From positions 24,873 through 88,872 of the forward strand of contig JBGGMJ010000082.1 in assembly GCA_041288095.1 (NCBI GenBank): a stretch of DNA of 64,000 nt, given 5' to 3'. Origin of the DNA: Myxococcota bacterium (GTDB lineage: Bacteria; Myxococcota; XYA12-FULL-58-9; JALHOP01). This document shows positions 38,121 through 46,874 of the stretch, in pieces. Numbering within the stretch: position 1 is the first letter of the stretch; each line of letters starts with the position of its first letter. Made by a program: the position numbers and the translations under genes. Below the pieces are notes generated by a model. The model saw nothing but the letters and a program-made list of their open reading frames with translations, ran no database searches and had not been told where the DNA came from.

Positions 38121-38960
38121 ATGGATTCGGTGCGCGCCCGTATCAAGGAGCTCTCCCGCGCCGTCGCCGAGGGGCGGCTGGCGCTCGCCGAGATCGCGGC
38201 CATTTCGCCGGACGAGCTCGACGCCATCTACGAAACCGCGGTGATGCGCCTCGATGTCGGTCGCTACGCCGACGCGGCACGCATGCTCGCGTCCCTGGTG
38301 GTGCTCTACCCTTTCGCCTGCGAGTACTGGCGAGCGTACGCTATCGCGCTCAAGCTCCTCGGTGAGACAGCCGCGGCGCAACGCGCTCAAGCGATGGTGC
38401 GGTCGCTCGACCCAGGTACACCCGAAGAGCTGGTGCGTGAGCTGTTGGGGGACCACAAAGTCGATGAGCCCACCAACCCGCGCATCGAGAACAAGCCCGA
38501 GATCACCGCCATGGTCGACCTCGGCGATATCTCACCTCGCCGCGGCGCCCCGGGCGAGACCACGGAGCCGCGTATCCAGGTGACACCGGTGCGGCTGGGC
38601 GACCACGGCACCACGACGCAATCGATGACGGTCCGTCCCGAGATCACGGTGACGGCGGTGCCGAACGCGCCCATGGTCCAGCACGAGCCGACCGAGCGCA
38701 TCCACTGGCCCATCGAGGAGGAACCGACGGCCCTCAATATCCGACCCGGTGTCCCGACCCAGCCGCGTCCCATGAAGCGCGAGCGCAGCGTGACCGCTTT
38801 GGTGGACAGGCGGCCCCGACCCATCGAGAGCGGCGGCGACACGGCGCGCATCGACCGGCGCTTCCGCAGGCGCGTCATGGAGACCGGGCCGGCCGCCGAC
38901 GATAGCCTCACGGCGGTCATCCGGCGCCGTAAGGGCCTGCCGCTCGGAGAAGACGCATGA
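38121..38960 (+). CDS. SycD/LcrH-like TPR protein with a Pro/Thr-rich tail
   Basis: N-terminal GRLALAEIAAISPDELDAIYETAV...GRYADAARMLASLVVLYP...YW pattern of class II T3SS chaperones. Confidence 0.6.
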   Translation: MDSVRARIKELSRAVAEGRLALAEIAAISPDELDAIYETAVMRLDVGRYADAARMLASLVVLYPFACEYWRAYAIALKLLGETAAAQRAQAMVRSLDPGTPEELVRELLGDHKVDEPTNPRIENKPEITAMVDLGDISPRRGAPGETTEPRIQVTPVRLGDHGTTTQSMTVRPEITVTAVPNAPMVQHEPTERIHWPIEEEPTALNIRPGVPTQPRPMKRERSVTALVDRRPRPIESGGDTARIDRRFRRRVMETGPAADDSLTAVIRRRKGLPLGEDA

Positions 38961-39349
38961 AAGATCCTGCGCGCTACAAGGCCATCGTCCCCGAGGCGGA
39001 TCGCAAGCTCTTCGACCCCGATGCTTGGCTGTCGGCGGCGGTGGCGCTCGATGTCCTGTCGACACGCTTGGGCGCCATCGACCCCAGGGCCCTGTACATC
39101 GACGAGGTCGTACGCGCCGCCGTCGAGGTCGGTATTCTCGGGGGGCTCGACGACGGCGAGGTCGACGCGCTGCTTGCCGAAGCCCGCGACGAAATCGGTG
39201 ATGCGCGCGCGGAGGTGGCGCCGCTGCTCACTCAGCCGCGCGACCTGCAGCGCGCCGTGAAGCTCGTCCGCGATGGCGCACGCACCATGGTCCGCGAGGC
39301 TCGCCTCGAGCTCGAAGCGGGTGCGATGACCACTTACCGTCAGGTCTGA
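38957..39349 (+). CDS. Hypothetical protein (130 aa)
   Basis: ATGA overlap with the preceding gene and host-like codon usage. Confidence 0.65.
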   Translation: MKDPARYKAIVPEADRKLFDPDAWLSAAVALDVLSTRLGAIDPRALYIDEVVRAAVEVGILGGLDDGEVDALLAEARDEIGDARAEVAPLLTQPRDLQRAVKLVRDGARTMVREARLELEAGAMTTYRQV

Positions 39350-39356
39350 GGCAGGT

Positions 39357-42300
39357 CTACTGCTGCGGCGGTCCCGGGATCTCCATCGGGCGGTTCAACA
39401 TTGCCCTGAAGCGGTCGTAGATCCGCGCCTCGTGGCTGTCGCGCAGGCGCTTGATGAAGCCGGGGCTCTCCAGCGTCGCGTCGAACTGGACCGCGCTCAT
39501 CATCTGGCGCATGGCGGCGCGGCCGTTCTCGGAGCGATTCATCGCGGCGATCAGCGGCGAGAACTCCGACGGCGGCGCCTGCGGTGTCTCGGCGAGCTGG
39601 TCGTAAGCCGTTGCCACCGCGAGGTCGTCCTGGCGACGCCAATCGATGCGACGGATGATCTCGGCACGCCACAGGGCCGAGGCCAGGTCGACGGCGTACT
39701 GCTGGTAGCGCGCATCTTGAGTCGCCGCGAGCGACTGCAGGACGCGACCAACCCGGTCGGCACGCCCCGCGTTGGCGAGCTCGACGAACTGATTGATGAG
39801 CAGCGCCTGGCCGCCCGGCACCTGCTGCGCCGCGAACGCAACCATGCTCAGGAGCTGGGGTGAGCCGTGCAGGAGCGCGAAGCGCAGCTCGTCGGGAACG
39901 ACCTTGTTGATCTCGCCGGCGTTGAGGAGCCGGGCGATGCTCACCAAGCGGAGTTGGCGCGCCGCCTCCTCGTAGCCCGGCGGCTGCGTGAGAGGCAGAC
40001 GGTCGAGGCTGCGCAACACATCGACGGAGATCGCGTTGAGGTCGAGCGGGATGGTCCCGGCTGGAGCCGGCGCATCGGCAGCGCGGATGTTACCGGCGAT
40101 CCCCATCGCGATCGCCGCCTTCTCCTCGTTGGAGAGCTGCGCGTAGATGCGGTTCCAGACCTCGCGCGCCATGACCTGCGAGCCTTGTGTACCCATGAGG
40201 AAACCGGCGACGCGGGTCGCTCGCGACTGCGGCTGCTGACCCAACACAGCCTCCGCGATAGCGTTCACATCGCGGTCGCGGTCTTGGTCGGGCATGTTGC
40301 TGCTGTAGATGAGCTCGAGGATACGGACTGCTTCCCCGGAGCGGGCGGCGACTTGGTCGTCGGGCGCTGCGCGAAGGGCTTCGAGTGCTTGGTCGAACGC
40401 TTGGCGGCGCTGCGCGGGAGCCTGAGGCAAGGCGTCCGGGCCGGCAACGCCAGCCGCGCTTTGATGAGCTTCCAGGGTTCGATGATCGATGATCGGTCCT
40501 TGGGCGGCGCCTTGCATGATCGCGGCCGTGCGCGGCTGGGCCGCAAGACGCTGCTTGTAGCCCTGGATGGCAGAGGCTAGCGCTGGCTCGTCCAACTTAC
40601 CCATCTCGGCCGGCGTGTTTCCAGTCGCGGCGGCCATGAAGTCGCGCAGTTGCGGCAAGCGCTCGAAGAGCTGAGGCACGGTGAGCGGCTGGGGTGCGTC
40701 GCGTGTGCCGCCGAGATGCGCCACTTGGAGAGCGCGGGCGCGCGCCGCCACGAGCCCTTCGCTGACCGCCTCTTGGCGATTGCGATCCGTGGGCATGTTG
40801 TAGCCGAAGGCGCGTAGCGACTCCGCGTCGTCGCGAATGACGTCGGGGAGGCGCTTGTCTGGCAGGCGTCGCAGGAGCGCGGTCCAATACTCGACCCCGC
40901 CATCGGGGAAGCGCTGCACCTGCTCACCGGTGCGGAAGGCGAGCGCGCTCTGCAGATTGGCATCGATCCAAGCGCGGCTAACACGGTCGAGGCGCGGGCG
41001 CGTCGCTTGCGCGAGCTGCTGATAGAACTGAGCGGGCGCGCGACCGGGGCCGGCTGGAGCGCGGGGCTCCTCGCTCCCCGGAACCTGCGGCACACTCGGA
41101 TCGCGCTGGTTGGAATCACGCGGCGCTGGCTGCGGCTGAATCGGCGCGTCGGGCTGCTGGTAGTAGTGGGTAACGAGCTCGCGCACCTTGGCGGCGCGTG
41201 ACACCGAGCGCGGATCACGCCCATTGGCGACACCGGCGTCCTGCCAGGCCAGATCGAGCAGCGTATTGAAGTGCGTCGGCTCGCTCTCGGGCCCCGGCAA
41301 GCCGCCGGTCGCCTGCAGGTACGCAAAAGCGGAGAACACGAAGCCAGCCGCGGCGTTGCGCATGACCTCGCGATTCTCCTCGCGGCTCATCGACTGCAGC
41401 GCGTTGCGCACCTCGACCAGCGGAATCGGAGTCGTGGCGATACGCCGGCCCATCTCGTCGACGGCGGCGCGCTGCGTGGTCGACAAGGTCGTACCGAAGT
41501 TGGTGACGCCGGCGGTGGCCACCGCGCCCCAGTGCATGATGCCGATGTTCAGCGCGGCGCCGGGATCGGTCGTCGAAAAGGTTCCGGTGTAGCCGGTGTT
41601 CGGGATCGCCGCGGAGCGCATGCCGACGCGGCCACCCGTGACTCCACCGATGCCGGTGTTGGTGCTCGGTAGGCGGCCTGAGGGCGGTACCGCGCCCGGC
41701 GTCACCGAGACGTCGCGCGGAGGTGTAACCGGCGGACGCACGTTGCCGCCGTCGACCGGAGGTCGCGCCGTCCCCGTACCGCCGGTGACCGGCGGGCGCA
41801 TGTTGTCGCCTGGGTGGACGATGGGGCCGACGCCGGGGCGTCCAGGTGTCGGGCCGGTCGGCGTACCGAGCTGGCTGTCTGGTCGGCCGCTCGGGCGGCC
41901 GGGAGTGGGCCCGCCGGGCGTGCCGAGCTGACTGTCTGGGCGGCCGCTCGGGCGGCCGGGAGTGGGTCCGCCGGGCGTGCTGATATTGCCGTCGGGACGC
42001 GAAGGACGGGTGGGCGTGCCGGGAGTTACGGGGCGGTCGGGCCCGGGCGTCACCGGACGATCGGGACCGCCGGTCACTGGGCGATCGGGATCCGTGGGTC
42101 GACCCGGCTGGGTACCGGGATCCGGATTCGGCTCGGTTGGCCGATCTGGCGGACGCGAGTTCCGCTGCGCCTCGCGGCGGATGTAGCCAAAGATGAGGCC
42201 GCTCGCGGCGCCCCAGGCCATGCCCGAGTTCGTGGCGTTGGCGAAATTGTATTCGAAGTCGCTGAGCGCCTGCGACGGATCGATGCGCCACAACATCGGG

Positions 42301-45300
42301 TCGGTGATGAAGTTCGCGACCGAGGTGATGGCGCCGTGGTTGTAGCCCGCCGAAGCGCCGGCCGCCGCGTGCCACAGGAGCGGAGCGTCCGCCGGCATGT
42401 ACGACATCATCAGCGCCGTCTGCTGCGTCGCGAGACCTTTGGCAGCGTCGCGGATGAAGATGCCGAGCGCCTGTGTCGCCGTATCGACCTGCCCCAAGGC
42501 CATGCGCGTCGCGAGGCCAGTGCCGCCACCGATGACCGACATCCAAATGGCACCGATCTGCGGTTGCAACGCCATGGCGCCGACGAGCGCCGCGGTGACG
42601 GCGATGTTCGCGACCAGCTCCGTCGCCTGATCGACGTCGCGGCCGCGGTCGATGAAGCGTTGGCGCAAGTCGCGCACGAGCAGCCCCATCTCGCGCTGCG
42701 TATCGGGACTCACCGCGCCGGTCGCTTCGATGTCCCGCTGCGCGCGCGCCGTGAGCTCTTCGAGAGCGCGGCGGCGGATCTGGATGCCTTCGCGCGAGTT
42801 GCTGAGGAAGTCCTGGATGCCGCGGGTCAGCCCGTTGCCGAGGGCGGCGCGGGTGGCCGCGTCGATCGACGCATGCAGATCTGCCGTCGAGTCGACGGCG
42901 CCGATCGAGAACTGCGCCGCCCCACCCCTGGCGTTGACCGTGGCGCGCATCGCGTCGAGGCCGGCCTGATCGTAGAAATTGCGCGACCAAAAGTCGGTGA
43001 GCACTTCTTGGTTCACGCCGAGGAGCTGGGCGCGACGCGCCTCGAGCGCCGCGTCGGTCGTCGGCGCGTTCAAGTAGATCATCGCCTGCGCGCCCAAGAG
43101 GTCGCGCTCGTGCGGATGGATGCGTAGCGCCAGCGAGGCCATGCGCGCCTCACGGCCCGGATAGGCGTCGACGACGGCGCGCAGATCGGTACCGGTCAGA
43201 CGCGTGAACTCCTCGCGCGCGATGAATTTCTCCAGCGGCGAGAGCTCACTCAAAATCTGCGAGACCGCTTGGATGTTGTCGGCGCGCACGACGCCGAACA
43301 GGCCAGGCTCGTAAAGCGAGTAGATCACGCGCTCGGCGTTGCTGAGCACACCGCGCTCCACCAGCCGCGCGGCCTGCGACGGAATCACCGCGCCGTTCGG
43401 CAGCGTGATGGACGGGCCGAAGGCCTGCTGCACGTCGGCGTTGAGCATGCGGCCGCCGCTGAGCTGGTAATAGGCGGCGCGCATCTGCGCCATGAAGTCA
43501 TTGCGCTGCCCCTCGGGCACGTTGCGCATGTCGAGGAACGCGTAGGTGCGCTGGCGGTACGGGCCGCTGAACATGCCCATCGAGCCTTGGAGCGCTGCCA
43601 TGAGCTGAACGGAACGCGACATCGGCGAGTCAGCGCCGTCGCCCGCCATCAAGTTCCAGGTGTTCTCCTGCTCGCGCGTACCACGCACGGAGCGATTGGC
43701 GGCGCGCACCATGGCGATGAGCTGCGCTTCTTCCGACGGCTGGATCTGCTGCACCCCACCCATCTGCTGCCAGAACGCGGACACCTCGCCGACGAACGGT
43801 CGGCCATTGGCGTCGAACGGCTGGCCCGGCGGCGGGGTGCGGCGGATGAGCGACAAAGCGAACTGTGTGTCCGCCGTCGTGAGGTGGCCATGGCTCGCCG
43901 CCGAGAGGGTCGCGGCGACGTACTGGGCGACGAGCGTGCGGTGCGGCACCTCGGCGGCGTTGATCGCGGCGGTGACACGCTCCCGGTAGTCGTTTTCGGT
44001 TTCGCCCGCCTGGCGCGGCGGCATGTGTTGCTGCGGGTCGAAGCGCAAGCCCTGCAAGGCGATGCGCGTGCGGAGGTCGTGCGCCTGACGCGACGGCGCG
44101 AGACGGGTGACGTGCGCCTGAGCGGCGAGCACCGCGCGGCCGTAGGCACTGTCAGCGACGTTACCGGTGAGCCCGTCGCCGCCTTCGACCTGGCGTCCCG
44201 CCGCGACTTGCTGGCGGTGGTAGGCCGCGGCGACCTGCCGAACTTCCGCGTTGCTCATCATCGCGAGCGGACGGAAGACGTCGTGCCATTGGACGCTGCT
44301 GAAGGCCTGGATGGCGTTCGCGGCGTTGCCCAGGAAGCCGCGCTCGAACTCGTCGAGGGCGACGCGCATGTTCCAAGCTTGCAGCTCGGCCTGCGGGACC
44401 TCGCCGAGCCCCTGCTCGCGGCCGGGCAAGTCGTGGATGAACAACAGGCGCTCGCGGCCCTCACGGACGTTCACGAGCTGCAAGACTTCGCGCAGTGACT
44501 TGCCGTAGGTCTCGCGCATCTGCGCGTCGAGGCGCTGCAGCTCGGCCGGGCTGCGGAACATGAGGATGCGCTCGATGGCCTGGTGATTGGGCCCGCCGAT
44601 GCCGGTGAGCCGCGAGAGGAAGCCGCCGCCGGTGGCGTCGGAGTAGATGAGGATGTGCTCCGAGGTGATGCCGCTGGTGTTCTCGGGGCGCAGCAAGTCG
44701 CGGAAGATCTGCGCGTTGGTGCCGGTGCCCCGACCGGCCATCTGCTCGGACAAGAACGCCAAGGCTTGCTGTCCTTGCAGCGACTGTCCGCGACGGCGGG
44801 CATAGGCCTCGGCGACCGCGACGCGATCCGGGAGACGCAGGCCGTGCAAGACGTCGATGCGGCGCTCGTCGTTGGTGTTCTGCTCGATGTATTGGGCGAC
44901 CGCGTCCGGCGTCCAGGCGATGTCCGTGCCCTTGATCCGCTCCGGCGGACGGTCACGGTGCTGAGCCGCCGCCGCGGGTGCCATCGGGGCGTACGGGTCG
45001 GCGCCGCTGGCTGGGCGCGGACCACTCCGGGTCAGCGGACGAGCCGCGACGGGCGGACCCATGGTGAAGGCACGCGGACTGCGGCCGTTATGGCGGACAG
45101 ACGCGATGTCGCCGGCCGTGCGTACGACGGTAGCGGACGGGAAGGTCAGACCTTGGACGGCTTGCGCAGTGGCCCGCGGGGCCGGGGCGCCGGCGGCCGC
45201 ATCGGCGAAGGCACGCTGGCCCTGCGGCGTCAGCATGTGGTTGCGCGCGGCGTCCATCGCCGCTCTGAAGGGTTGGCGTGCGTTGATGTTGCGGTGGAAC

Positions 45301-45782
45301 TGCTCGACGAACGCGCCCAGGCGCTGCTCGCGGGACATGCCGTCGAAGGTCGGGCGTTTGACGTTGGTGCCGCGCCAAACTGTCGCCGCGCTCTGCAGCA
45401 AACCATCCATGAGCTGTCGCGACTGCTGCGCCTGCTCGCGTGGGACGCTCGCGCCGTTGGGGGCGGCTTCGGCGATGAACGCGTAACAACCCGCGCCCAA
45501 GAGTTGAAGGTAGAGGCGAGCGGCGGCGAATGATTGATCGGCGGTGCCGTAGCGCGGGTCGGTCGCGATAGCGCGGAAGGTGAGAATCTGGCGATCGTCG
45601 AGCCCGGCGCGGCGAGCCGCTTGCTGCAGGCGGGCGGTGGCGCGCTCGACCGATTGCGGGTCGTTCACGTTCAAGAGCGCGCCCACCTCGGCGACATCGG
45701 GCGCTGGTAACGTGGGTCGCGGCAGCCCTTCGAGTGGGGCTCGTTCTGGGGCGGCGCTCTGAACGGTACGGGGCTGAGTCAT
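39357..45782 (-). CDS. Giant 2141-aa protein with annexin-like repeats, a hydrophobic segment and Pro-rich repeats
   Basis: Uninterrupted ORF with GGAG RBS and no Sec signal. It contains AIERILMFRSPAELQRLDAQMRETYGKSLREVL and related segments. Confidence 0.8.
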   Translation of the reverse strand: MTQPRTVQSAAPERAPLEGLPRPTLPAPDVAEVGALLNVNDPQSVERATARLQQAARRAGLDDRQILTFRAIATDPRYGTADQSFAAARLYLQLLGAGCYAFIAEAAPNGASVPREQAQQSRQLMDGLLQSAATVWRGTNVKRPTFDGMSREQRLGAFVEQFHRNINARQPFRAAMDAARNHMLTPQGQRAFADAAAGAPAPRATAQAVQGLTFPSATVVRTAGDIASVRHNGRSPRAFTMGPPVAARPLTRSGPRPASGADPYAPMAPAAAAQHRDRPPERIKGTDIAWTPDAVAQYIEQNTNDERRIDVLHGLRLPDRVAVAEAYARRRGQSLQGQQALAFLSEQMAGRGTGTNAQIFRDLLRPENTSGITSEHILIYSDATGGGFLSRLTGIGGPNHQAIERILMFRSPAELQRLDAQMRETYGKSLREVLQLVNVREGRERLLFIHDLPGREQGLGEVPQAELQAWNMRVALDEFERGFLGNAANAIQAFSSVQWHDVFRPLAMMSNAEVRQVAAAYHRQQVAAGRQVEGGDGLTGNVADSAYGRAVLAAQAHVTRLAPSRQAHDLRTRIALQGLRFDPQQHMPPRQAGETENDYRERVTAAINAAEVPHRTLVAQYVAATLSAASHGHLTTADTQFALSLIRRTPPPGQPFDANGRPFVGEVSAFWQQMGGVQQIQPSEEAQLIAMVRAANRSVRGTREQENTWNLMAGDGADSPMSRSVQLMAALQGSMGMFSGPYRQRTYAFLDMRNVPEGQRNDFMAQMRAAYYQLSGGRMLNADVQQAFGPSITLPNGAVIPSQAARLVERGVLSNAERVIYSLYEPGLFGVVRADNIQAVSQILSELSPLEKFIAREEFTRLTGTDLRAVVDAYPGREARMASLALRIHPHERDLLGAQAMIYLNAPTTDAALEARRAQLLGVNQEVLTDFWSRNFYDQAGLDAMRATVNARGGAAQFSIGAVDSTADLHASIDAATRAALGNGLTRGIQDFLSNSREGIQIRRRALEELTARAQRDIEATGAVSPDTQREMGLLVRDLRQRFIDRGRDVDQATELVANIAVTAALVGAMALQPQIGAIWMSVIGGGTGLATRMALGQVDTATQALGIFIRDAAKGLATQQTALMMSYMPADAPLLWHAAAGASAGYNHGAITSVANFITDPMLWRIDPSQALSDFEYNFANATNSGMAWGAASGLIFGYIRREAQRNSRPPDRPTEPNPDPGTQPGRPTDPDRPVTGGPDRPVTPGPDRPVTPGTPTRPSRPDGNISTPGGPTPGRPSGRPDSQLGTPGGPTPGRPSGRPDSQLGTPTGPTPGRPGVGPIVHPGDNMRPPVTGGTGTARPPVDGGNVRPPVTPPRDVSVTPGAVPPSGRLPSTNTGIGGVTGGRVGMRSAAIPNTGYTGTFSTTDPGAALNIGIMHWGAVATAGVTNFGTTLSTTQRAAVDEMGRRIATTPIPLVEVRNALQSMSREENREVMRNAAAGFVFSAFAYLQATGGLPGPESEPTHFNTLLDLAWQDAGVANGRDPRSVSRAAKVRELVTHYYQQPDAPIQPQPAPRDSNQRDPSVPQVPGSEEPRAPAGPGRAPAQFYQQLAQATRPRLDRVSRAWIDANLQSALAFRTGEQVQRFPDGGVEYWTALLRRLPDKRLPDVIRDDAESLRAFGYNMPTDRNRQEAVSEGLVAARARALQVAHLGGTRDAPQPLTVPQLFERLPQLRDFMAAATGNTPAEMGKLDEPALASAIQGYKQRLAAQPRTAAIMQGAAQGPIIDHRTLEAHQSAAGVAGPDALPQAPAQRRQAFDQALEALRAAPDDQVAARSGEAVRILELIYSSNMPDQDRDRDVNAIAEAVLGQQPQSRATRVAGFLMGTQGSQVMAREVWNRIYAQLSNEEKAAIAMGIAGNIRAADAPAPAGTIPLDLNAISVDVLRSLDRLPLTQPPGYEEAARQLRLVSIARLLNAGEINKVVPDELRFALLHGSPQLLSMVAFAAQQVPGGQALLINQFVELANAGRADRVGRVLQSLAATQDARYQQYAVDLASALWRAEIIRRIDWRRQDDLAVATAYDQLAETPQAPPSEFSPLIAAMNRSENGRAAMRQMMSAVQFDATLESPGFIKRLRDSHEARIYDRFRAMLNRPMEIPGPPQQ
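41836..42092 (-). repeat. In-frame tandem repeats (57-bp and 24-bp units)
   Basis: Encodes PDRPVT(G/P)G three times and TPGGPTPGRPSGRPDSQLG about 2.5 times. Confidence 0.85.
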
Positions 45783-45970
45783 CAGCAGCTCCCCGACGCC
45801 GGATCACCGACGTCGTCAACGACAATTCGATCGACGGTACAAGCACTTAGCTCGCTTTGTCGATGACCCTTCGTCAGGATCGCCCGACAAAACGCGCACT
45901 TCTCTCATTATCATTTTCGTGTTAACTGCCCCGAGCGTTCGGTCAACAGGCGCGAGGGAGGCATGACGGG

Positions 45971-46867
45971 ATGGCATTAGACCTACGGGACCGGATAGCG
46001 GGCCGCTTGAGGAACCTCATGACGGCGGCCCCGGAGAAGGGTCACCGGGCAGCAACGGTGCTCGCCGTCGCCTCGAACAAGGGCGGTGTGGGCAAGACGA
46101 CCACAGCCGTGAATCTCGCGGTCGCCTGGCAGCGCTCGGGCGCCAAGGTGCTGCTCATCGATCTCGACCCGCAAGCGCACGTCAGCGCCGCTCTGCGCGC
46201 CTCGCCCAACGGCAGCCTCGCCGACGTCTTCAACGGCAAGCTCCGCGACGTCTGTGAAGCCGCCTACGCTTCCCCGTGGGCCGACCTCGACCTCGCCGGC
46301 AGCGAGAAGACACTCGCCGAGACCGAGGTGATGGTCGCCGCGAAGATCGGCAAGGAGCTCCTGCTCGACGGCGCCCTCGCGGTAGCGCGCACCCGCTACG
46401 ATCTCATCGTCATCGACTGCCCGCCGAACTTGGGCACGCTCACGCTCAACGCGCTCTGCGCCGCTGACCACCTGCTGGTACCGACGGACATGTCGGTGCT
46501 CGCGCTCGAGGGCGTCTCCGACATCCTCACGGCGGTGGAGACGCTGCGCACGCGCCTCGGTCGCAAGCTCGAGGTTTGCGGCATCGTCGCGACGCGCTTC
46601 GACAAGCGCACGACGCAGCTCAACTCCGCCATCGAGCAGAGCTTCGCGGACCTCTACGGCAACACCGTGCGTCTCCTGGCGACGCGCATTCCGCAGAGCA
46701 GCATGGTCAACAAGGCGCACCTCGCGGGGGAGCCGATCTTCGACCACGCCCCGTCGTCTCCAGCCGCTATCGCGTACAAGGAGCTGGCGGTCGAAGTGGC
46801 GCCGCTCATCGGTCTGTCGCGCGTCGCCGCCGAGGCCGTCCATGCCAAGGTCGGTCAGGCCGGCTGA
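45971..46867 (+). CDS. ParA/Soj family ATPase (no adjacent parB)
   Basis: Motifs NKGGVGKTT, IDLDPQA, IDCPPNLG and NALCAAD. Confidence 0.92.
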   Translation: MALDLRDRIAGRLRNLMTAAPEKGHRAATVLAVASNKGGVGKTTTAVNLAVAWQRSGAKVLLIDLDPQAHVSAALRASPNGSLADVFNGKLRDVCEAAYASPWADLDLAGSEKTLAETEVMVAAKIGKELLLDGALAVARTRYDLIVIDCPPNLGTLTLNALCAADHLLVPTDMSVLALEGVSDILTAVETLRTRLGRKLEVCGIVATRFDKRTTQLNSAIEQSFADLYGNTVRLLATRIPQSSMVNKAHLAGEPIFDHAPSSPAAIAYKELAVEVAPLIGLSRVAAEAVHAKVGQAG

Positions 46868-46874
46868 CCCTTCG

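Noticed and set aside
41836..42092. Direct repeats as a possible CRISPR array
   Set aside because: The units are in-frame coding repeats without unique spacers, and no cas genes are present.
45971..46867. ParA as evidence of a plasmid or prophage
   Set aside because: There are no rep, parB, integrase or phage genes, and the context is chromosomal.
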